DNA from: Hormiphora californensis
Taxonomy: Eukaryota; Animalia; Ctenophora
Direction of reading: 5' to 3'
DNA length: 64,000 nt
NCBI GenBank assembly: GCA_020137815.1
Contig: CM035361.1
Location: 558,001 to 622,000, forward strand
Shown here piece by piece: positions 37,147 to 64,000 of this stretch. The stretch's first letter is position 1. Every line of letters begins with the position of its first letter. The translations under genes were made by a program, and so were the position numbers. Under the pieces are notes generated by a model, which was given only the letters and a program-made list of their open reading frames with translations, was not told the DNA's origin and made no database searches.

Positions 37147-40100
37147 ATTGGGACGATACTCCATCGATCTCAGAGATCCTAAGTGAAGGAACGCCCCCCG
37201 AGTACTTGGTGATTGTAGTGGTTTCATTTCTCATCTGTGTATATGTCATAGGTAACAAAATACGAATACATTTCCTCAAATGTACAAAAATTGTACACGT
37301 CTTATAAATTATTATAATGGTCTCTAAAAATAGTTTCTTACATTCTACCTACTTTCAACTACCCCTTTCTTGCTCACTCTCTCCGTGCCCCGTGTGAGGG
37401 TTAGAGTATTAAAAAACAAAACTCTCCTTCACGTGTTATAGTGACGTTTATAAAGGCCATGAACATCCACCGAAGATACACCACTCGCCACCCAATGCAG
37501 GCTCTGTGCACCATGGGAGTAATTCTGACGTTCCCTGTTTTCGTTATCATGTACTTCTCAGGTAATACATTACATCAGGAACCGACCGAAACAAGTAAAC
37601 AACCGTCAACCAATCAGAACTCGTTATTTAGGTCACGTGACTGGTTATCAGCCAATCAGGGACCAGTATTTCCTAATTCGGTCGGTTCCTGTATTACATC
37701 ACCATCAAAACTTCACTAAAACTTTACCATCACTTTAAATTTATTTACCAACATTTTATCACTACTTCACTAAAACGTCATACATTATTATCATGACGTC
37801 ATATGACCAAATATGGTGTTTATTTCAGGTATACTTGTCCCTAAGGCGATGTCTAAGGTTATGTTTCTAACGGAAACCTACGAAGCCCTGTCTTTCTGTT
37901 TCTTTCTTCGACTCATAATGACGTATCTTGGGGGTGAGATGATCCTGACGAAAAAATATTCGCAGAATTTGTATTTCAGTATCCTAATTAAATGGATTTG
38001 ATGATTCTCAGCCAAACAATTCTTGTAGGTAAAAAGGAGACTAGCAGTCTGCTGACCGATAAACGGGTGAAACTAAACAATCCACCATTATGCTGCCTCG
38101 TAAGTAATAATAGTGTTGGTAAATCCAAAGCTCCTATGTGGTAGTCTATCTCTTAGATCTCTTAGGTCTCTTAGACCGTCAGGACTGAAAATTATATACC
38201 AATCTGCAATCACTCGGGAGTGCACTCTCTTACACACACCAAAAAACAAATGGACGCTACAAAAGAAGTGTTGAACAATCATAAAGAGAGTTCATTTGGT
38301 GCTTTGCAAATACCCCAAAAACTTTAAAGCCATTTTTGGACAAATGACATTATAATGAAGGGACAAAGGACCTGCCTACTCCAATTTATAAACGGCATAA
38401 GGTTCACAAAATTGTTGCAATTTAACTGATATATTTTAGGTATGTTATTACTAATATAATGAATTTGTTATTAATTAATGTGATTCAGTTAATTTATATT
38501 TGTGTTACAGGTATGCCTGCCGACATTAAAGTTTGGGAAACGATTACTCTTGGTCCATGAGATGTTTATTGTTCAACATGTCATACTTCAACTTCTTCTT
38601 GGCTTCATTGACCTTCTGGTTGGTACAGTTACAAAATTGAACCATGTTTTAAATTCACAGTCAATTTGACGAGACAGACAATTGTGTAGATTGATTGATT
38701 ATTACATAAAACTATGTAATTATGATGCAATATACAAGCTACTTTTCTGAAGAATTTAAAATGGTAAGCCAGCTCTTCTCATGCTTGATATTATCCACCT
38801 GTGTGCTAGGTAATTCTGGATGAGAGTCACAGTTATCCTGCCTACCTTATCGAGCAAAGTTATTCAAGAAACTTCCACTTTTTCATCTTTTTCTCGCTCC
38901 TTCTGGCAGTTTATGGACTTGGAGGTAAATAAACATTTCAACCTTGACTTATTTTCATCACTTATGTCTTATTTTCATCAACTGTTATTAACAAGGTCTC
39001 TTTTTGGACGTTTAATTAACACTTTTCCCCCATGGTACTGACAACTGATTCATACTAACTGGATACAATGACTCTCCAGGTATTTACCACACAGCTGCAG
39101 AACATCTCCACAAATACCGTATTGTTAGAAAGTTCATGCTCTTCAAAGCATTCGTAACGGCCGTCAAGATTGAGGAGATTTTACTGAGCTACGTGGTCAC
39201 TTTTGCCATCAGGTACAGACAGGACAAAAGCATTCGCCCGAGGGTGCCGTTAAATTGGCATCCGACTGTACTTTGGTATGTTCGTTATCACGTCCAATCA
39301 ATTTGTTGGGTACTTTGTCAGATCATATTTAAGCTATTTTATGTACAGGGTGTCCCACTGTCTTTGCAAAGACAGTGGGACACCCTGTACTTGTAGTTAT
39401 GTTGTTAGGTACTTTCCTAAACTTTGTATACAAAACACAGGGATAAAATTTAATCCGCCAGCCCTTCACTAACACACTCTAGGAAGTTGGGTATATGTCT
39501 GGACAATGGTGCATTTAAAACGGAGCTTCGTGTCCACACTTGGTGTTATTTCTTGGTCCTACTCGAGGCAGTGGCTGTTTTTCCACTTCTCCTAAGGACC
39601 TATGGTAGGTAAACTTTGAATTCATGCTATCTCAGGTTTGAATAATTGTAGTTTGGACGGTACAAAGTCAATCCTGTCACCTTGATGACCACTAAACTTT
39701 ATAAATTCTTTCTTGATCCCCTCTTCTTCAAGAGATCAATAATCAATAATTCACTTGTCAGGCGTCAAGGACTATCCAGGAAACCGCCCCGAACCACTTA
39801 TAGTAATCCCTGCTGAGATGGAATGGGATGGAAATGTGGCTGCCACAACAAGAAACTCCTCACCTACTGTCGGTACTGGCATTCCTAGCATTGAAGCCGC
39901 TTTGCAGGTTGTTATTTGTTTAAAAACCACACCAAAAACTTGCCTTGTTAGACCCTTTATCTCCACAGTCCAAACCCTCTAATGGAGGGTTAGAACATAA
40001 CATTATTAACATAACACGTTTAAGAAAACATATTATTTTCATTTGGGTTGGGTGCTAGTTAACTAGTTATAACCATGAGACGCAGAGAATGGCCAACACA

Positions 40101-40504
40101 ATAAGATACACCAAAGAGACAATACATTATACTGTACATCCGAAAGTACTGGATGACAAACAATAGAAGAGCTCACAGTACACAATCGAAATCCCATTCT
40201 TCATTCACCCACTTCAAACACGTGCCAGCAAAACATCCAAAATTGAGCAACAAAGGTAGGAGAGTTGTCATAGTGACTGATGGTGATGGGGATCGGGACT
40301 AACGACTTTCCCTAAACTCACCAATCAGTAATCACCATACATGATCCCAGCATCCCCAATCTAATAATTTTCCAGAATTTAACTATCTCCATCCCCAAGG
40401 TATGCTGTGATATGAAAGTGGCGAGCTCAGGGCTAGCAGATGGGTCGGACAGAGTGTGCTTGCCTAGTGATATTGCTATTCGCTTCCAAGAACAAGAGTT
40501 GTAA
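37147..40504 (+). CDS. Organic solute transporter alpha (SLC51A/TMEM184-family) membrane protein; start and last exon uncertain
   Basis: Exons give VILTFPVFVIMYFSGILVPKA..ETYEALSFCFFLRLIMTYLGG, KLNNPPLCCL|CLPTL, LLLAVYGL, YRIVRKFMLFK, YFLVLLEAV. Confidence 0.8.
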
Positions 40505-41934
40505 CTTGAAGAACAGGAACTGTAACTTGTAGAACGGTATAATCAACTGTACAGATACTGTTGGCGATATTGTCAGAACAATTCAAGGCGATAGACAACA
40601 AACGATTACAAAGTGAACAAAACTACTACCCGTGCAAGATACACAGCTATTGGAGGAAGAAGAAACGCTGTTTTTGTTAGAGATACAATCACACGTAGAC
40701 ACAGAGAAAGCAAATGGAGAGGGGAAGAAAAGCATTGGTAAAGAGTAGGGTGGTGGAGGAGGAAGATGTATAGTGCGGCTATCACGTGACTTACGCTGTT
40801 AAAACACGAGGGCGGCTCCACTGCGGCACCCGCTAACACCAGAAATGCAGAGCCGAACAGTATTGAAAACAGCCCCTGAAATGTTTGAATGTGTTAGGAG
40901 ATGTTGCTAGGATGTTAGAGCTAGTTAGTATTACCATTGTTAGGTTCAGTTAAATAAAGATAGTTCCAGTGTCAGTTGCTCCTTGTTACAAATCGTGGTT
41001 TTTTCCTTGTCTTACGCTGCTAAAAAGTGTTTATCGGGTTAACTTCCTAAAATACTTAATAACAAGTCACAAAGTGCTGCTTTTGGCTAGCTATTCAATC
41101 TGTTCCGACTAGAGTGAGCTAAAAACGCGGTCACGGTGGGAAAATTTAGAAAAATTTCAAGAATTTGAGAAAAAAAAACTTGTCGCTGAGTCGCTCTAGA
41201 AATTTTAAACAGCGCGCGCGTCTAGTCTTTTGAATCATAAATAGCGCGGCTCAATAATTGCGCGTGCAATTTTTTGATCATCTCAGTTAAGTCGGACCCC
41301 GATTTACCGGTACCCCGAATTACCGGGAGGATGAAATCCCCCCGATGTAGGAAATTAATGGTATTTGACCCCGATTTACCGAGCATTGGGCAATGGGCAA
41401 AAGCTGTCAGAGCATTTAATTGGCCTGACCCATTCTCGCTTCTCTCGCGCGAGAACTGTGGTCAGAGCATTGGCCTGACAGGGCAAAAGTCAAAACCCTT
41501 TCCCCCGTTGTACTTGTTGAGTTACTCAACATTAACAATTCCCCCGAGCATCAAGGTATATCGGGGTCCAACACTCCAACTGTATCATAATTGACAGGCT
41601 GTTTTAGAAGGGAGGAAATGTTTACAATCAATCAAATACACATAAAAATATTTTACATTTTACAGTGCACTTTCCCTATGCTGGCTTCAACTTAAACTTA
41701 AAGTTCAAGTAGAAACTAAACCAAATATCATTCTCTGGTGAACATGATCATACCTTGCTAAATAATATTAAACTACAAAGTACAAACCTTAGTTTCGTGA
41801 ACTATTATAACGATGGGACGGGTTTTAGTACACCTGCCATAGTATTAGCCATTAGTCGCCACGATCCGTATTAATATTGTGATTATAATATGTACAGCAT
41901 GTGGCTACATACCGTAGTTGGCCACATTGATGCC

Positions 41935-42410
41935 TGAGTGAGATCGAGGTCGCGCAGCGACCGAGATCGATCTCACATCTAGGCCTCCGGCGCGTTATTG
42001 ATTTTAGAGCAAACTTTTTCAAAGACCTGGCTGCAAGGAACTACTGAACCGATTTGCATCTCGTTTGTTGCTCCTGGCAGACAATTGTCTCTAGTTTTAC
42101 GGAAAATACCCGCGAGTATCAGCATTTGAGGAATAGTGGGTCAAAATTGACGCTAAACATGAGCAATTCTTTAAAGACCTGGCTGCAAGCTCCTACTCGG
42201 TCCTGGGACAATCTGCGGGTACTGGGGGAATCGTCATGGCCTTGTGAGTATGGGAAAATACCCGCCGATTCATCACGATGCGAAATGATGCCATAATTGA
42301 CCTTTGAGTAGTGCTAGGTCAGCTAAAAAGGTCTCCAAAAACGGTCTATCACGCGCGAACTGCTGAAAACGTGCTTTATATCGCGCGCACGTGAGTTCTT
42401 GCTCTCAACG
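41935..42410. mobile_element. Probable non-autonomous element with a terminal hairpin and two internal direct repeats of about 150 bp
   Basis: Hairpin TGAGATCGAGGTCGCGCAGCGACCGAGATCGATCTCA; AAAGACCTGGCTGCAAG..GAAAATACCCGC..AATTGAC occurs twice. Confidence 0.4.
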
Positions 42411-43242
42411 GACCGGGATCCTATTATTCGCGGAGCGAGAATAGGATGCGATGGATCCAAATACCGTAGATTACTTTGCTCGACTCTCTCACCGTGCCCC
42501 GGTTTGGACAAAACAGAATCTGGTCCTACTCCTACATTCTACAATCATATTGAACACCCGTCTAGCAATCCATTGTCCAGTTACTTATACTCGGCACCCT
42601 CTATTACTACAACATTTTGGGCACGTCACGTCACGCTCCTCTCTTTGTATTGTTCGAGAACAGTATAATAAATTGCTTTCTCTATTCCTCTCTATTCCTC
42701 CCAGCTTGTGTGTTCTCTAAGAAACTGGCACCAGTAGTCGAATCTCTAATGTAATCTTTGTGTTCAGTTCACGGCTATGTCCTACGACCTACCGAAACCA
42801 ATAATTTCAATTTATTCGATTATACACGATCTTATTCACTTGCATCCATATAATATGCCATATATTATATGCCTTAAATGCGTTTGGTAGTGGTAGTGGT
42901 ACCAGTGGTACCGTTGCTTAAAGACATCGCAAAGCAATTTCAAATCTATATTTGCTTGTTCAATTTTCGCCCCTAAATATCATTGCTCTAGCAATATATC
43001 CATTATCCCACCCACTATACTTGCTCTTGAACAACTCTAAACGAGGACCCGGCCAATTCGTTAGAACCACCAAATTATTAAACTTGAAGCGCTATATAAT
43101 TAAAAACTGTCCATTTCATCTGAATTGAAGTTTTGTACATGTTGAGTTGACACGGTACTGTTCTCGCTGAATATATATAGGGTCAGTCCAGTGCTCTGGC
43201 AGGTATTATAATGATATTATTATATTCCGCCTTTCTCCAAAG

Positions 43243-63663
<20,421 letters not shown>

Positions 63664-64000
63664 GTTGACCTACTAGGGGAAATCGGGTAGTAATGCGACG
63701 TAGGGCACTTTACAACTAGCCGGATGCCCAGAGCGAAAAGCTGAAAGCTCTCGACCCTCGATCGGCCAGGTTCTGGGAACCAAAAATGACAATTTTGTAT
63801 TGAGATCGCTTAGAGACCTTAAATTATACAAATACAAACATTTAGCAGCCAAAATATGGTCGTTAAACAGTTTTAAAAGTTAAAAAGACAAAATTGAAAA
63901 CTTTTTGTCAAAAAACGGCGTAAAAATCTGAAAATTATGATGGATAAATAAAATAGAATGCGCGCGCCAATTCTTCGCGCGCTTAAGAAAATGCACCGCA

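Noticed and set aside
63664-63780. GC-richer, possibly structured ncRNA or ribozyme
   Set aside because: It lies immediately upstream of the TCHP ATG, so 5' UTR/promoter explains it; no ribozyme consensus satisfied

Overview
This is eukaryotic (metazoan invertebrate) genomic DNA with short GT-AG introns, many (GA)n microsatellites and dense MITEs. A ctenophore or other non-bilaterian source is plausible but cannot be shown from the sequence. I assembled six spliced genes by hand: (1) a signal-peptide protein with about 8 tandem divergent UMOD/GP2-type D8C domains (- strand, runs off the left edge); (2) RECQL5; (3) ERO1; (4) an OST-alpha/SLC51A-family transporter (+); (5) trichoplein TCHP (-); and (6) a GPI-anchored Ly6/uPAR-like gene nested antisense inside a TCHP intron. 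Mobile DNA includes a Penelope-like RT split by a TSD-flanked insertion, CR1/L2 LINE fragments, two Helentron-like elements, a Helitron 3' end, several MITE families and large foldback palindromes. Three patterns stand out. First, many intronic minisatellites are tandem copies of the adjacent splice site, and one array forms about 15 in-frame 27-nt candidate microexons. Second, a 13+6+13 palindrome resembling a recombinase site occurs both empty and filled in two copies of a local duplication. Third, RECQL5 carries four tandem GFxxAS (BRC-like) motifs. The stretch 34.75-36.35 kb looks like low-quality sequence. Exon coordinates were read by eye and may be off by a few nt.
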